A stretch of 64,000 nucleotides of DNA, taken from assembly GCA_964607485.1 (NCBI GenBank), contig CAZSKP010000004.1:1-64000 (forward strand), given 5' to 3'. This document shows positions 9,599 through 19,292 of this stretch, piece by piece. How positions within the stretch are numbered: position 1 is the first letter of the stretch; every line of letters starts with the position of its first letter. The translations under genes were made by a program, and so were the position numbers. Origin of the DNA: an uncultured bacterium (GTDB lineage Bacteria; Abyssobacteria; SURF-5). Below the pieces are notes generated by a model. The model was not told the origin of the DNA. It saw nothing but the letters and a program-made list of their open reading frames with translations, and ran no database searches.

Positions 9599-11308
9599 CT
9601 ACTCGATGTAGCCCAAGCTTCTCAGCCGCTCTTCGATCTTCTCGGCTTCTTCGTCGGTATATGCGGATTCGCCTGGCCCCCGGGTTTCGTCTCCGCCGGA
9701 TTCGATTTTCCTTACGGGATGCCCGGCGAGGTAGTCGGCCGTGACGGCGTCCTCGAGCACCTTGCCGTCCATGTCGGAGGGAACGGGCAGGTCGAGGAGG
9801 TACAACAGCGTGGGCGCGATATCGATGATTTCCGCGCCGACGAGTCCTTCGTCCGTTTTGATGCCCTCTCCCCGAATATGGAAAATGCCGTGCGGACGAT
9901 GCGTACCCGTCTGTTCGAGGCTCATCAGCTCGCCGATCTCTCCGAAACGAAGGTTGTCGTCCACTATTGCGTCGGAGCGTTCGTCTCCTTCGACTCCGTA
10001 ACTCTTCCGCGTGATGTATCGGTCGTCCTTCCAGAGCACGAGGATATCGGGCGCGTCCGGCAAAGCGTTTCCCCAATAAACCTCTTCACCCTTATAGGCA
10101 CGCGCCAACACCGGCTCCCCGGTATCCGGGTCCCTGATGTCGGCCAGCTTCGAGATTATCTCGTCGCGAAGTTGCTCGTATTCGGCGCCGGGCTCGACGG
10201 TACCCTGTGGAAAGCGTCCCTTCAGGTTGATGAATATCCGCGTGGATTCTATTCCGAGATAAAAGGCCTTCGTCTTTTCCCAGTCGATGGGAGCCATCAT
10301 GAGGTGCGACTCTATCTTTCTTCGCATCTCCGGCAGGGCGCTCTTGAGCAGGTCCTTTACGGTTCGGGGCAAGAGCTTTCTTAGCCCGACGTAAGCTCGT
10401 CTGAAAGCGTTGAACGCCATCTTCCGGACGGATGACCGTTCAATCGAGTCCCTGTATTTCAGGTAGCCCTGCTGTTTCAGCCATCTGTCGAGATACACGA
10501 TCTTGTGAAAGGGGCCCGCGCCGTGGTCAGACATGATGAAGGTCGTGGTTCCCTCAGGGAGCATCTCCAGGTATTCACCGATGAGGCCGTCTATTTTCCG
10601 ATACACCCGAAGGACGGAATCCTTCAGCGTTGCGGCTTCTGCGGGGTCGTGACGCGGGTGGGTCGGGTCGATGTACTTCCAGAAAAAGTGCTGCACCCGG
10701 TCGGTCGAACCGAACACGGCAAAGAAAAGGTCCCAGTCGAACCGCTCCATGAGGTACTTGATCGCCCTGGATTGGCTGTCGATGGTCCTCATCACCCTGT
10801 CGAGGTATTCCTTGGGGCCAACGCGCGTCCAATAGTCGCCGTGCATGTCATACTCGCCTATCACGCTCTTCATTTCTTTGTATAAATCCGGCGGATAGGT
10901 GAACTGGCTCTGGACGCCCGGCGCTTCCATGCCCGAGACGATGCAGCCATTCACCGGCTCGGGGGGATAGGTCATGGGCACGTTGATGACGCTCACGGTC
11001 TTGCCGGCCTCGCTCAGGATTTTCCACAGACTGCTTGCCTTCCTCGTGGCGGCGTTGCAGAAATACAAATTATAGCTGTTGGGCACATACTGAACGAAAT
11101 CGTATATGCCGTGCTTGCCGGGATTCTTGCCGGTCATAAACGATGTCCATGCCTGCGGGCTCATGGGAGGGACGGTCGATTTTAGCGTTCCGCGAACTCC
11201 CTCTCTGAACAAGGATGCTAAGACAGGGAGTTCCCCTTGTGCTATCCATGGGTCTATGAGGTCGAAGGTGGCCCCGTCGAGACCGATTCCGAAGAGTCTT
11301 CTGCTCAT
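9599..11308 (-). CDS. Alkaline-phosphatase-superfamily phosphodiesterase-like protein, paralogue 1
   Basis: GLDG, STVPPMSPQAW..TGKNPGKHG, DRVQH, SDHG, ERLRSLGYIE. Confidence 0.87.
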   Translation of the reverse strand: MSRRLFGIGLDGATFDLIDPWIAQGELPVLASLFREGVRGTLKSTVPPMSPQAWTSFMTGKNPGKHGIYDFVQYVPNSYNLYFCNAATRKASSLWKILSEAGKTVSVINVPMTYPPEPVNGCIVSGMEAPGVQSQFTYPPDLYKEMKSVIGEYDMHGDYWTRVGPKEYLDRVMRTIDSQSRAIKYLMERFDWDLFFAVFGSTDRVQHFFWKYIDPTHPRHDPAEAATLKDSVLRVYRKIDGLIGEYLEMLPEGTTTFIMSDHGAGPFHKIVYLDRWLKQQGYLKYRDSIERSSVRKMAFNAFRRAYVGLRKLLPRTVKDLLKSALPEMRRKIESHLMMAPIDWEKTKAFYLGIESTRIFINLKGRFPQGTVEPGAEYEQLRDEIISKLADIRDPDTGEPVLARAYKGEEVYWGNALPDAPDILVLWKDDRYITRKSYGVEGDERSDAIVDDNLRFGEIGELMSLEQTGTHRPHGIFHIRGEGIKTDEGLVGAEIIDIAPTLLYLLDLPVPSDMDGKVLEDAVTADYLAGHPVRKIESGGDETRGPGESAYTDEEAEKIEERLRSLGYIE

Positions 11309-11481
11309 ACTGGAGCTCCCAGAGGCCAGCCGGACGCGGGAAATCTCGGGCTGAACAGCGCCGACCGCAAACGGGAAGAGTATATGCCCTCATGAGGCAG
11401 GAATGACCACTGCCTTCTTATCGAATCCCCTCAAGGCTACAGACTTGGCACGTAAGTAACCGCTGAAAAATAATTTATAAA

Positions 11482-11510
11482 ATTATGTCAGACCGATGCG
11501 GAAAAGTCAA
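11482..11510 (-). promoter_or_regulatory. Sigma70-type promoter of leftward polysaccharide operon
   Basis: TTGACT-17 nt-CATAAT on minus strand followed by AT-rich stretch. Confidence 0.65.
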
Positions 11511-11541
11511 CATGAATGAGGCTCCGAGGCAGGTGTCTGGT

Positions 11542-11571
11542 TTGACATTCTCGAAGCGGCCATGCTAATAT
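11542..11571 (+). promoter_or_regulatory. Sigma70-type promoter of radical SAM/GT2 pair
   Basis: TTGACA-18 nt-TAATAT with extended -10 TG. Confidence 0.5.
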
Positions 11572-11676
11572 TCAGCAAGAGTTTCGTCTTGTGCTTACTC
11601 GTTGATACGAGCGTTGTTATCCTGAAACCAATGAGTGCGTACGTCGCTTGCATCTCGGACCAAATACGCCGGCCCC

Positions 11677-13131
11677 ATGAAAGCCCTGCTCCTGAACCCT
11701 CCCTTCTTTAGGAAATACTCGAGAGAGCAACGAAGCCCCGCCGTCACCAAGAGCGGCACGGTTTACTATCCCATGTGGCTCTCGTACGGGGCGGCGTATC
11801 TCGAGAAAAAAGGCCACGAGATACTCCTCCTGGATGCCCCCGCCGACGATCTCGATTATGGGGCCGTCAAGGGAAGGGCGAGGCAGTACGGCCCCGATTT
11901 GTTGGTCCTGAGCACGAGCACGCCCAGCATCTATAACGATGTCGAGGTGGCAAGGAAACTCAAGAGCGCCCTCGGAGGCCCATTCACGGTGCTGGTCGGA
12001 ACCCACGTGTCCGCCCGTGCCGAAGAATCCCTCGAGCTCGAGCCGGCAGTTGACGCCGTGGCCCGGCGGGAATTTGAGACGACACTGGCGGAACTCGCTC
12101 GCACGCTCGAAGAGAATCGCGATCTAAGAAGAGTCGAGGGCATCACCTATCGCAGCGACGGACAAATCGTTTCCAACCCCGACGCTCCTCTCCTCGAAGA
12201 CCTCGACGATATCCCTTTCGTCAGCAAAATTTACAAGCGCTTTCTGAGCGCCAGGAACTATTTCAACCCGAACGCGCTGTATCCAATGATAACCCTGATT
12301 ACCAGCCGCGGCTGCGCCTTCGGCTGTACCTTCTGCGTGTATCCGCAGACGTTTTCGGGGCGAAAAATCCGGTATCGCTCGGTGAAGAATGTGGTTGACG
12401 AGCTCGAATACGTGGCCGGCGCTTTCCTCGAGGTGAAAGGAATCTTTTTTGAGGACGATACCCTGACGACCAACCGCGCGCGGTGTCGGGATCTCTGCCA
12501 GGCGATAATTGACCGGGGACTTCGACTCTCATGGACGGCCAACTGTCGCGCCGACATCGACCTCGAGACGCTGAAGATAATGAGCCGCTCCGGATGTCGA
12601 ACCGTTTGCGTCGGGTTTGAGAGCGGGAGCCAGGTGATTCTGGACAGAGTTCAGAAGAATATGACACCCGCCAAGATGGAGCAGTTCACGACGGACGCCA
12701 AGAAGGCCGGCATACTCGTGCACGGCTGTTTCATGGCCGGGCTCCCGGGAGAGACTCGGGAGACGATGGAGGAAACACTCAGGCTTGCAAAACGGCTTAC
12801 TCCCGACACGGCGCAGTTTTTTCCGCTCATGACCTACCCGGGAACGACCGCTTACGACTGGTTTGTCGAGTCGGGCCTGCTCGAAGCTAAGACGTACGCC
12901 GACTGGCTCACCGACGAGGGACTGCACAACTGCGTGGTGCGAACCGAGGAGCTGACGCCCCGAGAGATAGTCGAGTTCTGCGACCGCGCCCGCAGGGAGT
13001 TCTACTTGAGGCCGGCATACATCGCCTACAAATTGCGCCAGATGATAACCCGGCCGGCTGAAATCCCCAGGACGATGAAGGCCGCCCGGACCTTCTTCAA
13101 GTACCTGTTCAGGGGCTCTTTCAAGGATTAG
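11677..13131 (+). CDS. B12-binding-domain radical SAM protein (HpnJ-like)
   Basis: LLLNPP start, YYPMWL, VGTH, TSRGCAFGCTFC (CxxxCxxC), FEDD, VGFESG, YPGT. Confidence 0.88.
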   Translation: MKALLLNPPFFRKYSREQRSPAVTKSGTVYYPMWLSYGAAYLEKKGHEILLLDAPADDLDYGAVKGRARQYGPDLLVLSTSTPSIYNDVEVARKLKSALGGPFTVLVGTHVSARAEESLELEPAVDAVARREFETTLAELARTLEENRDLRRVEGITYRSDGQIVSNPDAPLLEDLDDIPFVSKIYKRFLSARNYFNPNALYPMITLITSRGCAFGCTFCVYPQTFSGRKIRYRSVKNVVDELEYVAGAFLEVKGIFFEDDTLTTNRARCRDLCQAIIDRGLRLSWTANCRADIDLETLKIMSRSGCRTVCVGFESGSQVILDRVQKNMTPAKMEQFTTDAKKAGILVHGCFMAGLPGETRETMEETLRLAKRLTPDTAQFFPLMTYPGTTAYDWFVESGLLEAKTYADWLTDEGLHNCVVRTEELTPREIVEFCDRARREFYLRPAYIAYKLRQMITRPAEIPRTMKAARTFFKYLFRGSFKD

Positions 13132-13156
13132 CCGTTTGCACACCGGAGAGTCCGAA

Positions 13157-14140
13157 TTGGAGCGTGAAACAGAACGGATGGTTTCCGTCGTCGTTCCGGC
13201 TTACAACGCCGAGAAAACCGTCGAGGCCTGCCTGAGGTCGTTGCTGGACCAGACCGTCCCCTCATCCGACTACGAGGTGTTGCTCGTCGATGACGGATCC
13301 ACCGACCGGACGGGCGCGCTCGCACAACAGTTTCCCATCCGCTATTTTCATCAGGAGAACCGCGGACCGGCCGCCGCGCGGAATCTGGGAGTGGAAAACG
13401 CTAGGGGCGACATCATACTCTTCACCGATTCCGACTGCGTGGCAAAGCGGGATTGGGTAGAGTCGATGACGCGCCCGTTCGAGAACGGAGACATCGGGGG
13501 CGTCAAGGGCGCCTATCGTACCGAGCAGAAGGGATTGGTCGCGCGCTTTGCGCAGGTGGAGTTCGAGGAGCGCTACGAACTTTTGAACAAACACACCTAC
13601 ATCGACTTTGTCGATTCGTACTCGGCGGCATTCCGCACGTCGGACTTCCTCAAGGCTGGCGGATTCGACACGTCTTTTCCCAGGGCCAACAACGAGGACA
13701 CGGAGCTTTCATATAAATTGGCGAGGATGGGCTGCAGGATGGTGTTCGTTCCGGAGGCGATCGTGTATCATCGGCATCCCGACTCGATTTGGAAATATTT
13801 CCGGCTCAAGTTCAGCAGGGGATACTGGCGGATGGTGGTGTACCGACGCTACCCCGAAAAAATGGTGAAGGACTCGTACACGCCTCAATCGCTGAAGCTG
13901 CAGATTCTCCTCGCGTTCCTCGTTTGCTGTTCGCTGCCTCTTGCACTCTTCTCAATGAAGGCGGCGATTCCGTGGTTCTTTCTCACCCTCGCTCTGTTCC
14001 TGCTCGGATGTGTCCCCTTTTGGAAAGTTGCGCTGCTCAAAGATCCTGCGGTGGGAATAGTGGCGCCCGCTCTCCTTTTCGTGAGGGCCGTCGCGCTGGG
14101 TTCGGGGGCTCTCTGGGCCAGTTTGAAGGGGCGGCAGTAG
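13157..14140 (+). CDS. Glycosyltransferase family 2 with C-terminal membrane anchors
   Basis: SVVVPAYN, DDGSTD, GPAAARN, FTDSD, NEDTEL; start could be 13157 or 13178. Confidence 0.9.
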   Translation: MERETERMVSVVVPAYNAEKTVEACLRSLLDQTVPSSDYEVLLVDDGSTDRTGALAQQFPIRYFHQENRGPAAARNLGVENARGDIILFTDSDCVAKRDWVESMTRPFENGDIGGVKGAYRTEQKGLVARFAQVEFEERYELLNKHTYIDFVDSYSAAFRTSDFLKAGGFDTSFPRANNEDTELSYKLARMGCRMVFVPEAIVYHRHPDSIWKYFRLKFSRGYWRMVVYRRYPEKMVKDSYTPQSLKLQILLAFLVCCSLPLALFSMKAAIPWFFLTLALFLLGCVPFWKVALLKDPAVGIVAPALLFVRAVALGSGALWASLKGRQ

Positions 14141-14150
14141 GCTCCGTCCG

Positions 14151-15353
14151 CTATGCTCTCATGCCCAACGCCGCCGCGAAGCACGCCTGGATTTGTTCGC
14201 TCTGTCTCTCCAACGTGAACAGTTTCTCCACGCGCCGCCGTCCCTCTTTCCCCATTTCCAAAGCGTGCTGAGGTTCCGAGAGCAGGCTGTCCAGCGCCCG
14301 GGCGAACTGCTCTTCGTCGAGGGGATGGGTGAGGACCCCCGTCTTTCCGTCTTCTACTATTTCCGGAATGCCGCCGTTGTTGAACGCGACGACCGGTCTT
14401 TCGGAGGCCATCGCTTCGATGATGGCCAGGCCGAACGGTTCCGGCTTGGTCGAGGTGTGCGCCAGAATATCGAGCGCGCGCATCACCTGTGGCACGTCGT
14501 CGCGATGTCCCAGGAACACCACTCTGTCCTGCAGGCTCCTTTCTTCCACAATCCGGCGGAGCTCCTTCTCATAATCAGGCTCCTCCCAGAAAAGGCCTCC
14601 GACCACGACGTACCGGGCGTCGCCTTTCACACGGGATGCGGCGCGCAGAAAAAAATCCTGCCCTTTCCACCGCATCAGTCGTGCGACATGGCCGACAACG
14701 GGGACATCGGGGTCCAACCCCAACTGTTTCTTGGCCTCCCGCACGGGCATGGGCGGATAGTTCCCCGGGTCGATGCCGTTGTGGATGGTGTGGACTTTTC
14801 CGTACGGCACCCCGATGTTTACGAGTGAATCGGTCACGGCCTTTGATATCGACACGATCGAGTGGACTCCGTGCCGCAGGGCCCATTTTAGCGTGAGCAG
14901 CATGGGAAAGTTGAACGCATCGGGATTGCAGATGTCGTGCATGTGATGCGCCACGACGGCTTTTGTGCCCGATGCCGCCAGCGCCGCCAACACACATGAC
15001 TTGAGGGAATTGGTGTAGATGAGGTCGATGCTTTCCTGCGTGAGCCGGCGGCGTATCTGTCTCGCGAGGGAGACGAATTCGCCCGAACTCTTGAGCATGT
15101 ACCGAACGGCGTCCAGATTGGAGGACTCCTGAATGATGTTGGTGGAGGTGGTCGCGGGGTTGACCCGAAGCGGAAGCAGGCGGATTCCCATCGATTCGAT
15201 TTGCTCGGCGAGCGTGCCGCCGGGAACGCATGTTACCGTGACCTCGAATCGCTCGCGGTCGAACGTGGGCAGAAGCCTCAGAAGCACGACCTCTCCGCCC
15301 CCGGCCAGGTCCTGATGATGATCAACAATCAACACCCGCCCTGGTGAACTCAC
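14151..15353 (-). CDS. Glycosyltransferase family 4
   Basis: GGGE, HNGID, ARL..WKG, EPFGLAIIEAM (Ex7E). Confidence 0.9.
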   Translation of the reverse strand: MSSPGRVLIVDHHQDLAGGGEVVLLRLLPTFDRERFEVTVTCVPGGTLAEQIESMGIRLLPLRVNPATTSTNIIQESSNLDAVRYMLKSSGEFVSLARQIRRRLTQESIDLIYTNSLKSCVLAALAASGTKAVVAHHMHDICNPDAFNFPMLLTLKWALRHGVHSIVSISKAVTDSLVNIGVPYGKVHTIHNGIDPGNYPPMPVREAKKQLGLDPDVPVVGHVARLMRWKGQDFFLRAASRVKGDARYVVVGGLFWEEPDYEKELRRIVEERSLQDRVVFLGHRDDVPQVMRALDILAHTSTKPEPFGLAIIEAMASERPVVAFNNGGIPEIVEDGKTGVLTHPLDEEQFARALDSLLSEPQHALEMGKEGRRRVEKLFTLERQSEQIQACFAAALGMRA

Positions 15354-17866
15354 TCGTCATTCCTCTCAGCGTCACCTCGGTGGCTCAGTGTCGCCAGCCA
15401 ATGAAATCGAGGGCTCGGAGTAATCACCTGAATTATCTTGAAATCCAGAGGCTCGAGCGGAAACGAGAACGTGTCGTTCGAACTCGCAAACTCGGAATAC
15501 CTTCGTATCGAGTAGAATTGGCCGCTGGCGGAGAAGCTCGTTTCCTCGATCTCGTAAAGCTTCGACTTGTCGAAACCGTTCGCCAGCTTCAGCGTCACCT
15601 TCTCCGAAGTGGGCGAGTTGTTCCACAGGCACAATATATCCTCGCGATCCCGGTTGAACAGTTTCGTTACGACCGAATCATAGTTCGACCCGATGATATT
15701 CGAGTTTCGTATTCTTTCCGCCTCATATGGCACGGCGCCGGAGAGAGCGGATATCAGATGCTTGAACGCATAGAAACCGAGAGTCTTGTGATGGTTTTCG
15801 TATTTCATCAGGTACACATAGGGGCTGTCGTCGGTGGGGTAATCGTACAGGCCGACGGTGAGGATGCCTTCACCGTGCTGATGGGCTATGATCGCCGTCG
15901 TGTGGAGCACGGCCATGGCCTGGTTGACCTCGGTCGCGTCGGAGTTCCTAAAGCCGCCCGTCTCCGTCAGCCAGATGCCGGGAGGAAGATCGTATCGCTT
16001 CATGATGGCGAGCAATTCGCTCGAGTCGGCGTTTTCGTCCAGCTTTTTCCAGCCTGAGAGATCGCTCAGGCTCGGAGGTTCCGCGTTGTACCAAAGCGGG
16101 AAGTCGTGCACGCCCACCCGCTGACAGTACCACTGGATCCCCTTGTTGAAAAGGCGTTCCCATACGCTGAAGTAGAAGGGCCGGCTGGCCTTCCGAGTCT
16201 TGTTCTCGAAGCCGGGCATGATCAGCATAGCGGTGGGATCTTTTTCTTGAATGACCTCGAACGCCACCCGTGCCGCTTCGGTGATGACCGTCGTAAAATT
16301 GTCCATCACTTTTTCGGCCTCGGCGCGCTTGCTTTTCAGCGCCTTCATGCGTTTCGGCCCCAGAAATTTTCCCAGCCAAAATGTGAAGGGCTCGTTGGAC
16401 AGCTCATAGTAGTCCACCCTGTTTTTGTACCGGTCAACCATCTTCTCGACAAACAGGCGGTAGGCCGCGAGTGTGTCGGGATCGTTGGTGAAATCGTACC
16501 GGTGCGCCCACTCGGGAGGGCCGGTGCAAAAAGTCACCACGACGCGGGCGCCCGCTTTCACGGCATGGTCGATTTCCCAGTCGGAAAGCTCCCACTCGTA
16601 ACTGTCGGGGCCTTTGCGCTGGACATTGTGCCACTGGCAGCTCGCGCGGTACACCTGGATGGGGTAGTCGCTCATAAGCTGCATGTCTTCGGCGGCCTCT
16701 TTTTCACCCAGATAGACGTGGACGAATTTTCCGCTCTGCTCGAAAGGTCTGCCGGTCACATCCGGCGCGGCGTTCCGGGCAAAGTGCGAATAGCCGCCCA
16801 GAAGCGGGGTGAACGGCCTGATTCTCACAACCACGGGAATGGAAAAGCTGTGGGTGGATTCGTCGGACGCGAGCTTCAGGTCGAGCGCGTGGTCATAAAC
16901 GTTAAGGGTCTTGACCTCCATGCTGAGCGTGACGACTTCTTCGGGCGGAATCGGCCGCTCCTCGAGCCGGGCAAAGGTGTTCTTCGGCGAGATTTTCGTC
17001 AGAGTCAGCGTGTGGCTCCTGCGGTCGCGGTTGGCGACCCGGAAGGGGATGAATATGCGTTCACCCGTGAAGATCTCGATTGCCTCCGGTGATTTCTCCA
17101 CATAAATCTCTCCGTCTCGAATAGTCAGTAAGATGTGGAGGTCCCGACTGAAAGGCGGGCGGGTTGTGACTTTCTCCGCGGCAGCCTCCGGGGCCGTTTT
17201 GAGCGACACCCACTTTCCGGCCACATGCGTGGCATGATGAGAATCGGTGGTCCTCAGCAGAACCCGATATTCCACTTTGCAATCGCCGATGTCGGAGATG
17301 ATTCGACGCAGGTCGTATCGATGTCGAACCACTTTCTCATTGGAGCCGGTGTCGTCGGAAAAGTTCCACGAGTACGAGATGGGGTCGTCGTCGGGGTCGG
17401 TCGAACCGGAAGCGTCAAAAAGCACCTCGCCTTCGCGTTCATTTTCGACCGACGTCGCTATGCGTCCTATGGGCGGCCTGTTGGGTTTGACTGTGACAAC
17501 CACGGTGTCGGCGTTGGTATTGCCGTGACGGTCAAACACGTTCAGGGTGACATCGTATCTTCCCGCCTTCCAATAGGTGTGCGAGGGTCGAGGCCCCTCG
17601 CCGGGTTTGAGCATCTTCAGATCGGATTCAAAAAAAGTGGCAGCCTTGTCGAAATATTTGTGGTCGCCGAAGTTCCATCGGTAACGCGCGATGTTGCCCC
17701 GCGAGCGGCTCCCGTCAAATTTCACCGTGTCTCCGGCCGTCGCGACGATGTCATCGCCGGCGTCGGCCTTCAGCTCGCCCCTGCAAGGAGAGGTGGTCGC
17801 CCAGGAACACAGGAATACCACTAAGAAAAGGCAGAACGCCGTGCCCCGTCGTCTATGTCTTCTCAT
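15350..17866 (-). CDS. Secreted PKD-domain glycoside hydrolase (clan GH-A, GH39/GH5-like)
   Basis: Signal peptide; two PKD repeats (FDGSRS..YRWNFGD; FDASGSTDPD..YSWNFSD); YYELSNEP acid/base and IWLTETG nucleophile motifs. Confidence 0.8.
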   Translation of the reverse strand: MRRHRRRGTAFCLFLVVFLCSWATTSPCRGELKADAGDDIVATAGDTVKFDGSRSRGNIARYRWNFGDHKYFDKAATFFESDLKMLKPGEGPRPSHTYWKAGRYDVTLNVFDRHGNTNADTVVVTVKPNRPPIGRIATSVENEREGEVLFDASGSTDPDDDPISYSWNFSDDTGSNEKVVRHRYDLRRIISDIGDCKVEYRVLLRTTDSHHATHVAGKWVSLKTAPEAAAEKVTTRPPFSRDLHILLTIRDGEIYVEKSPEAIEIFTGERIFIPFRVANRDRRSHTLTLTKISPKNTFARLEERPIPPEEVVTLSMEVKTLNVYDHALDLKLASDESTHSFSIPVVVRIRPFTPLLGGYSHFARNAAPDVTGRPFEQSGKFVHVYLGEKEAAEDMQLMSDYPIQVYRASCQWHNVQRKGPDSYEWELSDWEIDHAVKAGARVVVTFCTGPPEWAHRYDFTNDPDTLAAYRLFVEKMVDRYKNRVDYYELSNEPFTFWLGKFLGPKRMKALKSKRAEAEKVMDNFTTVITEAARVAFEVIQEKDPTAMLIMPGFENKTRKASRPFYFSVWERLFNKGIQWYCQRVGVHDFPLWYNAEPPSLSDLSGWKKLDENADSSELLAIMKRYDLPPGIWLTETGGFRNSDATEVNQAMAVLHTTAIIAHQHGEGILTVGLYDYPTDDSPYVYLMKYENHHKTLGFYAFKHLISALSGAVPYEAERIRNSNIIGSNYDSVVTKLFNRDREDILCLWNNSPTSEKVTLKLANGFDKSKLYEIEETSFSASGQFYSIRRYSEFASSNDTFSFPLEPLDFKIIQVITPSPRFHWLATLSHRGDAERNDE

Positions 17867-17885
17867 TTCTTGCCGCGTCTTCCTG

Positions 17886-19004
17886 TCATTTCAAGTATTT
17901 GTTGAAGAAGCTCTCTGTTGTCTCAAAAGCCGATTCGCCTTCGTCGCCGGAATGAAAGATGAACCCATGAGGGGCGCCGTTATATGTCTTGAGAGAAACC
18001 TTCTTCTTTTTCTTTTTCAACGCTTCATACAGGCTGACGGATTCCGAATAGGGAACTACCTTGTCGCTCTTGCCGTGAATGAGCAGCACAGGCGTATTGA
18101 TTTTATCCACGTTATCGATAGGCGAGAGCGCCCGTGCTTTGGAGAAGTCGGGATTGTCGGGGTCACCGATAACGGGAGACCATGTCGCTATCTTCTTTCG
18201 GGCGATGGGGTCATCGGACTTCTTCCAATCTTCAAGCAGCGTCCGGAAATCATACCCTCCGAAATTCAGGTTTGCGGCGGAAAGCAGCGAGGAACGAGTC
18301 AGCACGTTAGCGCCGATAAACGCTCCGTGGCTGGAACCCATGAGGCCGACCTTGGTCGTCGTAGGAAGTCCGTGGGCATACTGGACGGCTTTGACAACAT
18401 CGTCGATTTCCTTCCCCGCCGGATCGGCGGCGTCTCTGTAGTTCTCTCCGTGGCCGCTGCTTCCCCGATAATCGATGGCCAGGGTGCCGAAGCCGGCTTT
18501 CAGGAACCTGAACGCGTGCCGCTCATAGGAAGCGGCCGACCCATGTTCGCCACCATGAACCAGGACTATGATCGGGAATCTCTTTTGGTCCTTGGGCTCG
18601 CTCAAATAGCCATACACCTTGAATCCGTCCGTACTCTTGAAGCTGACTTCCTTCCAGAACTCGGCATCGTACGCCTTGCCGACGGCATCCATCAGCGCCC
18701 TGTCGGCCGCCTCGAAGTCTCCCGCCTTAGCCGACTGCTCGATTCTCTCAACATATGGCCGGAGAGCGCCCGTATCCTTTCCGTCTTTCTTTATTTCTTT
18801 CACCACAAATTTCATCTTCCTGGCGAGCCGATTCGCCTCGGGATTCGGGCTCTCCTCCAGGTTTTCAACCACCGCCTGAAGCCGCCCTCTTCCCGGAACC
18901 CTCGCGCGAGGGGTCTCACCCTGGGCCGGGGCTTTACACATGACCATCAGAAAAAGGAAACACAGGGAAAGCAGGGGAGCAGAAGAAAAAGTTCTTTTCA
19001 TCAT
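17886..19004 (-). CDS. Exported alpha/beta hydrolase (S9 peptidase/esterase-like)
   Basis: Signal peptide; VHGG, DYRGSSG.G, GSSHG nucleophile, HGKSD, PHGF. Confidence 0.85.
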   Translation of the reverse strand: MMKRTFSSAPLLSLCFLFLMVMCKAPAQGETPRARVPGRGRLQAVVENLEESPNPEANRLARKMKFVVKEIKKDGKDTGALRPYVERIEQSAKAGDFEAADRALMDAVGKAYDAEFWKEVSFKSTDGFKVYGYLSEPKDQKRFPIIVLVHGGEHGSAASYERHAFRFLKAGFGTLAIDYRGSSGHGENYRDAADPAGKEIDDVVKAVQYAHGLPTTTKVGLMGSSHGAFIGANVLTRSSLLSAANLNFGGYDFRTLLEDWKKSDDPIARKKIATWSPVIGDPDNPDFSKARALSPIDNVDKINTPVLLIHGKSDKVVPYSESVSLYEALKKKKKKVSLKTYNGAPHGFIFHSGDEGESAFETTESFFNKYLK

Positions 19005-19292
19005 GAACGACCTCCTGGCCGCAGTTGCGCCGACGGCATGCGAAACCGCCGTCTCAGGCGGATCCTGACCTCATAGTCGCACGGGGATATTCGTGTATTT
19101 AGAATAGAATAACAATATCAAAGCATGTTAGGCAAGAGCTTTTCGCGTCGCGGAGGCTTGTATTCGGGACTGGCTGGCAGTGCGGACGAGCGCCCACAAA
19201 ATTTTCGAGGGAATCCTTTATGATGCGGAGGGGGTTCGATGGAACACTGGAGATACACCATCGCGCGTCATTTGGATTCAGTTTTCGCGCCG

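Noticed and set aside
7599-9611. Long antisense ORFs (also 17691-19076, 29537-30895, 36412-38118, 38138-39613, 47087-49321)
   Set aside because: They shadow well-supported opposite-strand genes and have no motifs; expected in GC-rich coding DNA.
9375-11137. Identical 30-bp sequence at 9375-9404 and 11108-11137
   Set aside because: Encodes the conserved MTGKNPGKHG motif in two paralogues; not an independent repeat.
11446-11462. TTGGCACG possible sigma54 -24 element
   Set aside because: No TTGC at the -12 position.
19224-19245. GGTTCGA resembling a tRNA T-loop
   Set aside because: No complementary T-stem or cloverleaf.
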